Assembly (NCBI GenBank): GCA_002633005.1
Contig: NMRA01000205.1
Coordinates: 359,273-423,272 of the forward strand
DNA length: 64,000 nucleotides
Direction: 5' to 3'
From: Phoronis australis
Taxonomy: Eukaryota; Animalia; Phoronida
Both the position numbers and the translations under genes were made by a program. The notes under the pieces were generated by a model. It saw only the letters and a program-made list of their open reading frames with translations. It made no database searches and was not told the DNA's origin. This document shows, piece by piece, positions 27,501-39,500 of this stretch (its first letter is position 1; each line of letters starts with the position of its first letter).

Positions 27501-30500
27501 TGGACTATGCAGAAACCCTGACCTCAGACGAGAGGGTCCGTGGTGCTTTGTCGATTACGACAACCCGGATGTCACGGAGAATTGCGGGATACCTTATTGT
27601 CAAGGTAAATTAAAGTCGATGAATTCGCCAAAAAAAAACCGCACAGACTTCTGTTTCGTGACCTTCAATCGGTTTCCAATGTTCAAACGACGGGATTTGA
27701 ATTTTACTACACGCCAATTAAGAACTGAGCGACAAACGAATGATCCTATCTCAGGTTCCGTTTTGTCGGTGAACGCCCAGTTGCACCTCAGTGGTAGAAG
27801 TAAAAGATGCACTCCTTGCATCTCAGCTGTCGCCAATACGTGCCCCTGAGTGACCACCTCTCATGCCGCTATGCTCGCCATTCACGCCAAGTATGAGTCC
27901 ACATTCGTTTTAGCAAGGGTTCAATACACAGTTTTAATTTATTGATGAATTTTTTAATTCAAATTCCTAGTTTGTATTCTGGCCTACTACAAAATTGCAA
28001 ACATGTGAGTGCCACAGTTTCCTAAATAAAGGCGCCTCTGGCAAAAACGTGAAATTTGCATGGATTGATGATAAGTTAGATCTATAGCTATACTATGACC
28101 TTTGAAAACCCCATAATTTCTTTATACGATGTCGGTTTATGCGCTAACGGCTCTAGCTTTATATCCCTACACTGATTTTCTTACGTCGGCGCAAGTAAAC
28201 GTTTTTTGTGCTTTTTTGATTTCGATTGCTTACTTTAGCCTTTATGCTTCTGCGTAAAAGTCACACCGTTCATGCGCGCACCCAGGGGGGTCGGGGGCTC
28301 GAAGGAACACCCCCCCCCTCCATTTGGCGAAGTGGGCAAAAATCCGCCTCCCAGAAACAAAAAGTCCGAGAAAAATGAGACAAAATTCCTCTAAACCGTC
28401 ACAAACGCGCAGTTTACAGTGGTGCGCCCGTTTTTTTTTAGTCCGCCCGTTACCGAAAGGTCCACAACGTCAAGAATTCGAGCCCCCCTATATTGAAGGC
28501 TGGGTGTTTTATTTGTTTCCCACCGTGATAGGGAGTCGCCGACTTCGTTTTTTTGAAGAATGCGCAATCTGGCCTTCTCGAGAATGTGCCAATTTCAAGA
28601 TCACTCAAACACCCCCCTCCCCTCTGACGTGGTGGTCATAAGGCCGGTAATCCTCACCACTTGCCGTGTGACTGATATCCGCTGATGCGTCGATAACATT
28701 CACCTCCCAGGGGACATTTGAATCTACGAAAATACCCAAGGTATCCGCCCGCATAGCCGCTTGAAAAACGATGACCTGTTAAAGTTGCGTTTCTCCGTTT
28801 CACTTTCGAAAATCGAATTTCAAATTTTATTTTTACATTCATAGAATGGTCTCATAATATCCCTCAACGTGATAGGATTGTATTTATGGTGAAATATTGT
28901 TTCCGTTCAACGACTCAAGAACACGCTTCAGATTTTACTGGGGTTGGTAGACCCCAAAAATTGAGAAAATTACGCGTGCACTCATTGCTTGTGACTGGAG
29001 TCAGTGCCGGCTCAATAAAACGAGATTGGGGGACCGTGCTAATGTTTTAAACCCAAAGCGCTTCGTTTAGAATTCATCATTGACCGGTAAACAGGGATGA
29101 AATGTAGCTAATTCCTAAATCTCTGAATGCTTGGTCAAATTAATTAGAAACAAAACATATAGCGACGATGTAAATATGAAGTAGGTTGAAAGTTGCCAAA
29201 TATTTTTAAAAAGTTTTGTGTCAAAAATAATCCGCAGAAAATCAATCAACCGTATCCAGTAAGTATCGTGACGTGGTTTTGGGGAATAACACTGCATGAT
29301 CGGCCGGCTATGTGAATCCCCAAGGTACGTCATCAGTGCAAAGGTCACCTATTTGCAGATTTGTTTGTTTTCACCTTTACAAGTTGTCAATGAATACAAC
29401 TGTACTTTGTTTAGCTCAGATGATGTTCGTTGTTTAGTTCCTGTTACACATTAGCATACGGTTAGGAGCATGTGAATACATCTTTAAGCGATTGGTCGAC
29501 AAGACTGGACTGATCAACCAAGCAGATTTCTCACCGCAGGTGCCTCACGAGTGTCTTGTATTAATGGAACGCAGCCCTGATTTCAATTTCAGTACCAGAT
29601 ATTTCTTGCTTACGTGACGACAGGGGATTTGGCTACAGAGGCTCACATGGGATAGCGGACAACGGTGAGCAATGCACGTCATGGAAAACTTGCATAAACA
29701 AATTGAACGGCCTTCGCCACATACCTAAATCGAACAAGGAAGTGATCAGGAAAGTGTGGACGACGTCATGGCGTGGAAGAGACAGCAAGGCATGTAGAAA
29801 CCCCGACAATGATGTCAGTCCATGGTGTTTCACCACTCGCGAGTGTAAAAAGGAATACTGCAAGAATCGGATCCACTTGTGCGATTTCGGTAACTTTTAA
29901 ATTACAAGGACACCATCTTACCTTAAGAAAACCTCTTAGCCTTGGAAACCAAGGAAAATGAATCCGCATTCCTGTTATTAGTTTCGCTTTAATCCCACCT
30001 GACTGTTATTCTAGTTTCGTGATACTGTTAAGTCAATCACGGCCTTGAAAATTTATCATACGCTCTGGAGATGCTGGTCGACCCACAGCTCAGCGAGTGG
30101 TTTACTCGCTAACCCGCCCTGTGTCACCTGCATGTGCACCAGCCTAATTAATTCATCGTCATAACGAATGTACCAATCTCTTGCGCACATCTAGTCAGAT
30201 GAATATAGTTCCCATACCGCTGACTACTGTTTGTCAGATTTACAAACGTAATTTTCACAGTCTCCTGCCTTCACTGTTGTTACAAAACATAATTGGATGA
30301 GAAAAGCACTATGAGCTGTTAGTCTCGAATTATCGAAATGTGGGGTGACTAGCTAACTCGAACCCATCTAATCTTAAACCTCTCGTTCACAATACACATA
30401 ATCCACTAACTCGAAGTCACCTTAGCGTCATCTTAGCGTAAGGTTACTTTAAGTCCTCGTAACTTAAGGTGGTCTTGAGGTCATCTGAACACCACCTCTA

Positions 30501-33500
30501 CTCTGAAGTGTTGAAAATACCATGCAGTAGCGGTGTGTGATTACTTATAAAGAACGTTCGCTTAATAATTCATTGTTGAATTTGTCATTGTTTGTATGAA
30601 TGCTAATGATATTGTTTTCGAGTTTGTTGTCGTTGTTCTTCTTCGTCTTCTATTGCTTCTTCTTCATATCGCCATGATGACGACGACGACGATGATGATG
30701 ATGATGATGCTGACCACCATCATTATTATTTTCATGTTTTATTGCTATTATTTTTAAAGACTGTTATGTGTAATCGTGTAATTCTAATAACGCTTTACAG
30801 TGATCTTAGAGGAGAATGCCACCCGATTCAATTAGCCTTTTTTCCGTCTTAATCGGTCTATATCCGCATCACCTCGTATACGCGGTCGATTTTACCACGC
30901 CGAGGGGTGTTGGGTTAACCTGTGAGGAAGGTGAGTAAACGACGCAGCGACGTCAGTGGTTCTTCTGCAGAGTGAGTGCCGCTATGGTGTTGAGTATCGT
31001 TCCCGCTTGGGCGAACTGTGAAGCTGCAGGAAAACTGGTATATCGTTTTTTTCTTTTTTCGATTTCCTCCGCGAGAGCCCGAAATGCTTCGGAAGTGGCT
31101 CGCGACAGCGAAGATTGAAAAGTACGCCGTTGATACCAAGTATGAAGCCGTGAAACATCTTTGTGAGTTTGGCCGGCATTTCGTCGACAGTGATTTCACT
31201 AACGAATACCGGCTTACCAAACAGCTCATGCCAGGGCAGAAAAAGAGATGCCATGTTGACATATTGTGCGTTCTGTTTCAAAAAGAATTATTCTCAACCT
31301 AACCAATGCATGCTTACATAAAACTGAACAAAATGTCAAAGTTTGTCTCATTAGATACTACTTGTAATGCTTTGGAGTGTTCGTGAGTGCAAATGTTTTG
31401 AGAACTGAGCCAGCAATGAATAAATCACTGTGTTACGGGCTTCAAATGCAATAAAGCTAATTGACCGGGCATCGAGGCCGTGTGAGCGCATGCTAATTCA
31501 GTGTTTGCTGACAGAATGTTGTTCACAATGAATAATTCGGTTTTATATGCTATGGTCAGATGTTAGGGTAATCTTTATTTACATATACATGTACATTATT
31601 CGAATCATTGTTACTGTACCAATTTTGCCCTGGAAAGGGAAATTCGTGGCCCTCGACGAGTAAGTAGATTTGCATTTTCGCGGCTAGTTCACAAACATGA
31701 TCACGTGCACATTACTTCTGTGTCTCACTGTGTAGTCTTTTCGTGACTGGAAATTTAGTTTACAACTTCGGCTAGTTTATGTTCGTGATGCCTTCAAGAG
31801 TCCGGACGCGACGGGCCTGGTCGTATTCCGACGGAGTCACTGGAGGGGATAACAAGCGAAAAATCGCAAGTCTAACATTACAATACACACCTATGTTCTC
31901 CTGTCTTGTTTTCACGGAAGAATAATTCAAATTTATCACCGAACAGACCACAAACTCCCGCGACCGACCTTGGTCAATTGGCCTACCGAACTGTGTAGGC
32001 TACGGTACGTTCAATTACTATAAATCCGTGACAGCGAAATAAAACAACACGTTTGTTCAAGAACTCGGTGTGTTTCTAAGGGTTTTACGTGGATTTGTGA
32101 TTATTTATTGACGGAAAACGATGAATTCAAGCGATAAGATGACACCAGTAAGCGTGTTGTGAACTGCTGAACAGACTACGTTCGAACCTGTGACGTCATT
32201 GGTTATTTTCAACACCTCCGTCTGCCATTAGGTGTCAGGTAAAAGAACTGTACTTGCTGTTATCGAGTAAAACTAATCGATTTAAATTGATACAAATTAG
32301 GTTGTTTTTGGGTGGCATTCTCCTTTAAGTAACGGATCGCCGTACTTTAGGTTGCTTCAAGTTAGTCACCCCAGCTGCTCAATAACACCCTGATCATTTA
32401 TGCCCCTAAGAGAACACTAGCGTGTACGCGCTAGTTCTGGCTCACGTAGTAAATGCAGACAGATAGTTAGTGACATTTGGGCCTTCCCAGGCCTTAGTTG
32501 GTCCCACGTCGTATGCAATATTCTTTCTATTCAACTGTCCGTTGTCAATCTAACAAGCAAGACATTGGCAAACACAGATCATTCGATGCTCCTCTTCACT
32601 CGGTCCACGTGTTTCACCGCACATTAACGCGTGCTCTTCATTCTTACCATGGCCTTGAAACATTTCAATTGAAACATTTAGAATTGAATTTCCGGAAGTC
32701 GTTTGACGAGCTTATGAGGAATCCTCAAGTTCGATGTCGGCTATGCCTTTTTACAATATCATCAAATAGCCATTGGTCACAAGTGACCGGTGACATCCTA
32801 CCCGACTCTTTCACACCGAGGGCTCATCAGATATAACCAGGGACATTGGGAAGAAGACAGTGCATGAACTACTCTCAACCACTTACCCCATGTTGTGCGT
32901 CTACTACTACTTTGTAGCGTAGAATAGATTATTGTTTTATAAAAAATGTAATTTATAGTTTGTAAGGGGATACTTCAGTCCTTTGGATCAAAAGAGAAGG
33001 TACTTAACTTATCGCCAGCTAGAGGACCGGCAATAGTCCCCGTCGTGCTTCCGCAAAGCTTTCCGCTTTGACATGTTCAGTTACATCTTTTAATTAGCAT
33101 GTGAGTTGAGTAAGGAATTCCATGGCTTAGAGGCTGCACCGCACTTAGGCCCGTCTGTTGAATAGTCATTGGACTCGTTTTTTTCTTCTTAAGGTTCTTC
33201 TGTCGCCCACCGTAAGCCGTCGAGGCAGTCCTCTCAGGGATCGTCTGCTTTGGCCGTAGACGGAAACCCTGACACATGCTCTCAAACCGACGGGACAGCA
33301 AGACAATGGTGGATGGTCAACCTCCTGTATTTTTATTTCATCAATGGACTCAGGATACGCGTGGGTATGACCTTACCAATGATGATGCCAACAATTCTTA
33401 ATTTCCTACTAGGAAATTAGACTTAAAACAGTATCCAAAATCTCTTCTAACCAGGAATTTAAAGACTCTCCTCTACACCACAAACATTTGGTGTATAGAA

Positions 33501-36500
33501 ACTTGATTTACCATCAAGCTTGGGTAAGAGCTCGCGTTATTCGTGACGAACTGGATCATCTCATTTCGCGGGGCACTAAATCATTATATGCGATATCGAG
33601 AGATGAACTAGTGCATGCGGTAAAACTTCCTCATGCCGTAAGGATCTCAGAAATGGGTTTTATAACCGCACACTGAATCAAAGTTGCATTTAGATCATGT
33701 ACAGTGTTCCACAATCTCAAAAATTGTTTTTGAAAGGAAATGGGCATCTGGCCAAGTCATTTGATGTGGTAGTGTCTCGACACGAGAAATATGGCCAACG
33801 CGTCTGCCTCGAGAACGCGATCATGCCTGGCGCGGGAAAACACTTCACAATTCACTGTGGCAAGCGGTACAAGGCACAGTACGTGAAGATTCAAAGCAAT
33901 CTAGGCTCTGGTCGCATCGCTCTCTGTGAGGTGCACGTGATCACGGGTGAGTACGAAAGCTGTAATGGTAATTGCTTAGAAAACGAAATTGCTTTTGTTC
34001 ACAACAGTGAACCTAATGACTATGTCTAGCTAAACGGTGAGGAACCATCGATTACGCCTTAATTCGTATACCATTACGTTACAGACAGTGAGCCGTTCTA
34101 CCCAGTTACTAACGCTAAGCCTGCTGCAACGTCAGACCCGTCAGGAAGAGCTTCGCTGGCACTCGACGGGAACGTTTACACATGCATCGATCTAAACAGT
34201 AGGCAAGACAGGCGGCATTATTGGAAGGTGGAACTGTTGGCCAGCTACAAAGTACTTGGTGTTAAGTTAACTAGCACGCCACAGCAAGGCAGGTACCTAA
34301 TAAACATTCACATTGGTGTGTTGCACTCAGGTTTCACATCATTGAACTTACAAATGCGCATATTAAACAGGCGATTCCAACTGACCGCACTATCGGACAA
34401 TGTCGTGATTGACAACGAAAAATGAAAAACTACCGGAGTGGGACGCAAAATATCATTCGATGTCTTCTACGATCTAAGCTCAGAAACGTTTCAAAAACTA
34501 GATCAGTTATACTGGACGTTTGTTTACCTTCCCAACAGAGGAGAGTAGAATTCGGTTTCTGGTTATTTGTTACAGGTACTAGTAGTAAGCTTAGACTCGT
34601 CGGTAGCAGAAGAGGAAACGAAGGCCTAGTGGAAATTTATCTCAGAAGACGTGGTAGGTGGGGCGCCGTGTGCCAGTACATGTGGGGACCGGAGGACGCC
34701 ATGGTGGCTTGTCATCAACTGGGTTACCAGTAGGTTTTGCCAGTAGGAGCTGCATTAGCATTGCAGCTTTCCCGCGCGTAGTGAATTCAAAGTCCCATGT
34801 TGGCTTTAAGCCTTCTTGGCTGCGCATAACTGTCTAAGCTATTGGTGTCTCATACACTAACAAGTGCAACTCAAAGCGTTGAGGTGCACCGATGACTATC
34901 GTATTGCCGCCGTATATTCAAATGAATGCTTTTTTCGTGGTCCTTTTTAATCAAGTGGTTTGCATATTGGCGTATGAGTAAAATCTCCGCGCATAAGTGG
35001 ACGTAATATACCTTGCAAAGGCACTTGCATTAAGTCGCATATAGGCTCGCCCGTTTGACTACCACAATGCCTTCCAATGTTTTTACGTTTCCTTTTGTAC
35101 CTTTGGGGTTCCTTGGCGTATTTTCGAAAAATATTTAGTAAATAGTTTTGTGGTACCGTATTGCTGCGCCTTTAGGTCTGTGGGCTTATATCCGAAATAA
35201 TATGCCTTTTTTAACCAAGTGGTTCGCATATTGGCGCTCGCGCCAAAGTTTTGCATATAAGCGCAGTTCCACACTTGCTGGTTCCGCCCTGCGTGTCCGA
35301 ATCCGAGCACGAAGGTATCACGCAGTGGCACGCGTTTTATCACTGGTTGATGTCAAACCTCGGTAGTCATTGGCTATCTTTACAACAAATAAAGACAATG
35401 GCGGACTATGAACGGTTTTTAGCCTTGTCAGTTGGCGTGACAGCAACTACTTCATTTGTACAGTAATGCGGTTTAGCCGCGTGCTTGAAGCAACAAGGCA
35501 TGCATGTACAGATCCACACACATCTGGCTGATTAACCGGTGTGATATTCACCTTGTGTGAATACAGGACACCAACGTAAGCAAAAGTCAGCGACAGTAGA
35601 AAAATGCACTACGAAAAGGCACAACACAATTTTCCGATTCACATTTCTTGAACATGAATTAAGCACCGTCACGGCAAACTAGGCCTATATCCACATTTAC
35701 ACTTCCTCCATCAGACATGCCATTTTGTTTACGTAAAGCGGTATAACTGTTGAGAATTCGACCAGCCAATCAGAAACTCCGGTGTAAAAAAATTCCCGAG
35801 GAAATTTAAATGATACCTGCGTATTCACTACCACCAAGCGGGCAGGCACGGAACCACTGCAGCGAGAGTTCCCGGCACACACTGGGGCGGGCGGAAAGGA
35901 AAGGCGCGGCAATACGGTAAACCGCAAACGGCGTGATTCTAGGCCTGTTTTCACTGTTGTAAAATGGTCACTAGGTGGCACAGTGTATGTCGAATCCGAC
36001 AGCAAATGGGAAGGCGTCGTCGCCGATACGATGTCTGAAAGACTATGAGCAATTGTTGAACGAAAGAGAGCTGACGAACCGTCCAATCCTAAATGTCAGA
36101 ATGTACTTAAACAGTAGTGTAAGATATTGGCTTTAGCAGTCATTCGCCCACTGAACTTGTGTCTTCGTCTTACCATCCGTACGTTAGGGAAAACACATGG
36201 TAAATTTCCCAACTAGGATCCTGTTAGTTTTAACATTCCTTAAGAGATAGGGCCGAGGACATAAAAATATCACCACTAGGGTCACCATAATAGCCAAGCC
36301 CGTCCGAAAATCAACGTCACACGTGGCCTTCTCATCAGTAACACATAATAAATATCAATTTTGATAATGAACCTTTTGTTAATTTGGCCGAAAGAGAGAC
36401 GGACACCAACAGAAGACCGAAAACAATACGATTGGTCACTATGCGNGGCACAGTGTATGTCGAATCCGACAGCAAATGGGAAGGCGTCGTCGCCGATACG

Positions 36501-39500
36501 ATGTCTGAAAGATTATGAGCAATTGTTGAACGAAAGAGAGCTGACGAACCGTCCAATCCTAAATGTCAGAATGTACTTAAACAGTAGTGTAAGATATTGG
36601 CTTTAGCAGTCATTCGCCCACTGAACTTGTTTCTTCGTCTTACCATCCGTACGTTAGGGAAAACACATGGTAAATTTCCCAACTAGGATCCTGTTAGTTT
36701 TAACATTCCTTAAGAGATAGGGCCGAGGACATAAAAATATCACCACTAGGGTCACCATAATAGCCAAGCCCGTCCGAAAATCAACGTCACACGTGGCCTT
36801 CTCATCAGTAACACATAATAAATATCAATTTTGATAATGAACCTTTTGTTAATTTGGCCGAAAGAGAGACGGACACCAACAGAAGACCGAAAACAATACG
36901 ATTGGTCACTATGCGTCGCAGAATACGTTGAATCTGTGATAGAAATCACTAGGCACTATTTTCCCTCAGAAACCTGTTCGTTTAATATTTCATGAAAGTC
37001 CCGCGCCAAGACAGATGCAAACGCAAACATTGTCACTAAGGGGCACACCAGTAACCGTATCCCGGGTCCTAAATACCTCATCAACTGGGTTAGTGGGAGG
37101 TTCAGCACCGGACGTGGGACTCCAGACTCCCAGACAGCAATACGCACCCACAAATAAATATGTGCGCGCGCGTGCGTGCATGCGCGTGTTTGTATGGGCG
37201 CATAAAACTCCTGGTGATAAAGAATAGTTAAATTCCCCGTCGTATAATGGTCCTAAAACTGTACACCAGCCAGAATCAACTGGTTTAACTTCGCCGCTGG
37301 CAACGGAGGCTCTTTCTTTAATGGCTCCAGACCAAATACCTCTCATTGTCTTTTAGTGAAGGGGTTGCACAAGTCGTTCGAACGCCGAAGTTTGGAATTT
37401 CAAAACTACCGGATGCGTTCATGACAGCAGTTGAATGCAGGGGCAACGAGTTAAGTTTGGACGACTGCCCGCATGACGATTCGAATAAACACCGTTGCCA
37501 TTACTCTGCATCAGTTATCTGCCAGGGCCTCAAATGTAGGTTTGTACGCATTTAATATTTCACAAACGACGAAGATAATGCCGCCTTTAAAATATTGTTC
37601 GCATCCCCTCCCTCTCCCGACCAAGTTAACTTATTTTTAACATGTCGTGTTTAAGGTGCACTCATTCTGTAGCTCCAGTTTACAAATGTTGTGTATTACT
37701 GAAAACTGCCCGGCATCAAATAACATATTTCGAGTAGCGCACAAATTTTACGACCGGCAACGGGAAGGAAACAAAAAGTTTTGAATTTCCTTCAGTTTAA
37801 GCGACTATCCCGCCGTTCAAGAAGCGAACTTTTAAGTTTGAAGCACTTACCGCTATAACATTGGTCTCAACTTGTTCCTTAAATACTCAGATCAGAAGTG
37901 ACTGGGTTTGCCACCTCATTATTCCTGTAGAGCATAAAATGACACGACCATGACAAGCCAACTTGTAGACTGAGACCAGTTTCGAAACGGTATGCGGTCT
38001 AAATCAAAAGTTGGATTAAAAGATGGAAAGCGGTACAACTAGGTCACTAAAGTCTTTTACACAATGCTCTATTATTCTCATCGACTTTCAAAAGTCTGCC
38101 GGGAACAAGTTTTGAAAGCACCTTTCAAGTTACCAAATTCAATGACTGGGTATAAGCACAAGTAACGCTAATGACTACCTAGGAAGACCGAGCAAACGAA
38201 CCAGAGCATCCATTTTGCGACATCATGTGTGAAAAGGTTCGGATGATTCAGTAGCAAGAGACAGGAATAACTTTGAATATTAACAGCAAAAAAAAGAGTT
38301 CAGTGCCAATACTAAATTGATCAGTTATTCTTTCCAGCCGATTCACTCGACGACGTCGAGGTAAGCGTGCTGACTGAAACCTCTACGATACCTTGCGCCT
38401 CACACGAAGGGCCAAACTCCATAGAGTTGCAATTAACATGCGAAAATCCAACGAAAGGTGAAGCGGTGCGCATATCGCCCACAAAGGCAGACAAGCGCTT
38501 GATCATCTGCGAGGTAGAAGTAAACGTGGGTGAGCCACAAATCTGCATTCATCTTTGACATTGAGTAAATTACAAGCATGTTTAAATCGGCTGTCCTCTT
38601 CAATACGACAAGCACTCGCGTAGTGGTATAGGGAAATAAATTGATACAACTGCTGCTCATGTAAATCGCTCGTGCATATTACGTTTACTGGCACACAGAC
38701 AATAAGGATAAAGGTGAATGCTCGATTACGCTACATGTTTATTTGCAATCAAGATCTGGCTTGTGGACCATCTTCCCCAGTTAACTGGAAAGTGCCAAAT
38801 TCTCCACATGAAGGATGATGTTGCTACCGTCGAACGACTATTACCAAATGCACGAAGAGAGGCATTTTTCTGCTGTAGGAAAACAGGAAATTCCGTGCAT
38901 TGTTTCAGAGTTTCCCGTCGCTTACAGAAAACCAGCACTACAATCGTCAACCCTCAGCGCCAACGTCGCGTCAAGATCCACCGACGGTGTGCATGATGGA
39001 CCCCTTCGCCACTCGTGCTCGCAGACGATGTTCTCCCACCAACCGTGGTGGAGCGTGGATCTGCAAAGCGTCTACTACGTGAGAGGCGTCAAGATTTATT
39101 CAGGTACCATTTTCGGCTGGCTCCAGAAGCTGACAGGTCCACGATTAAAGACAATCTCTCAAAGTCATGTTCTAGTTAACCGATTTGTTGGTCGAATTTA
39201 AGACACGTCCATAAATTCGTATGATGAATAGTTCTTCTGTTAAAAACAAGTGATGACATTCAAACTATTTTTGACCACATTGGATGTATTTAACAATAAA
39301 GTTCATTGACCTAAAAACGCCATTTACAGTGGTGCACCTAAAAGCAGACGGAATTCAAATAGATGTCATAGAAAGCCAATAGTAAACATGAGCCATTTCA
39401 TGAAAATAACCTCTGTAGAAACTGTAGATTTAGAAATGAGAGGGAGAGGTATGTCACAATTCACACGTTCTAGACGTGACCGAAGCTTTAAAGCCGACAT

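Noticed and set aside
35977-36915. Recent tandem duplication within the SRCR intron
   Set aside because: The copies meet exactly at a single N and differ by only about two bases, typical of unmerged contig overlap.
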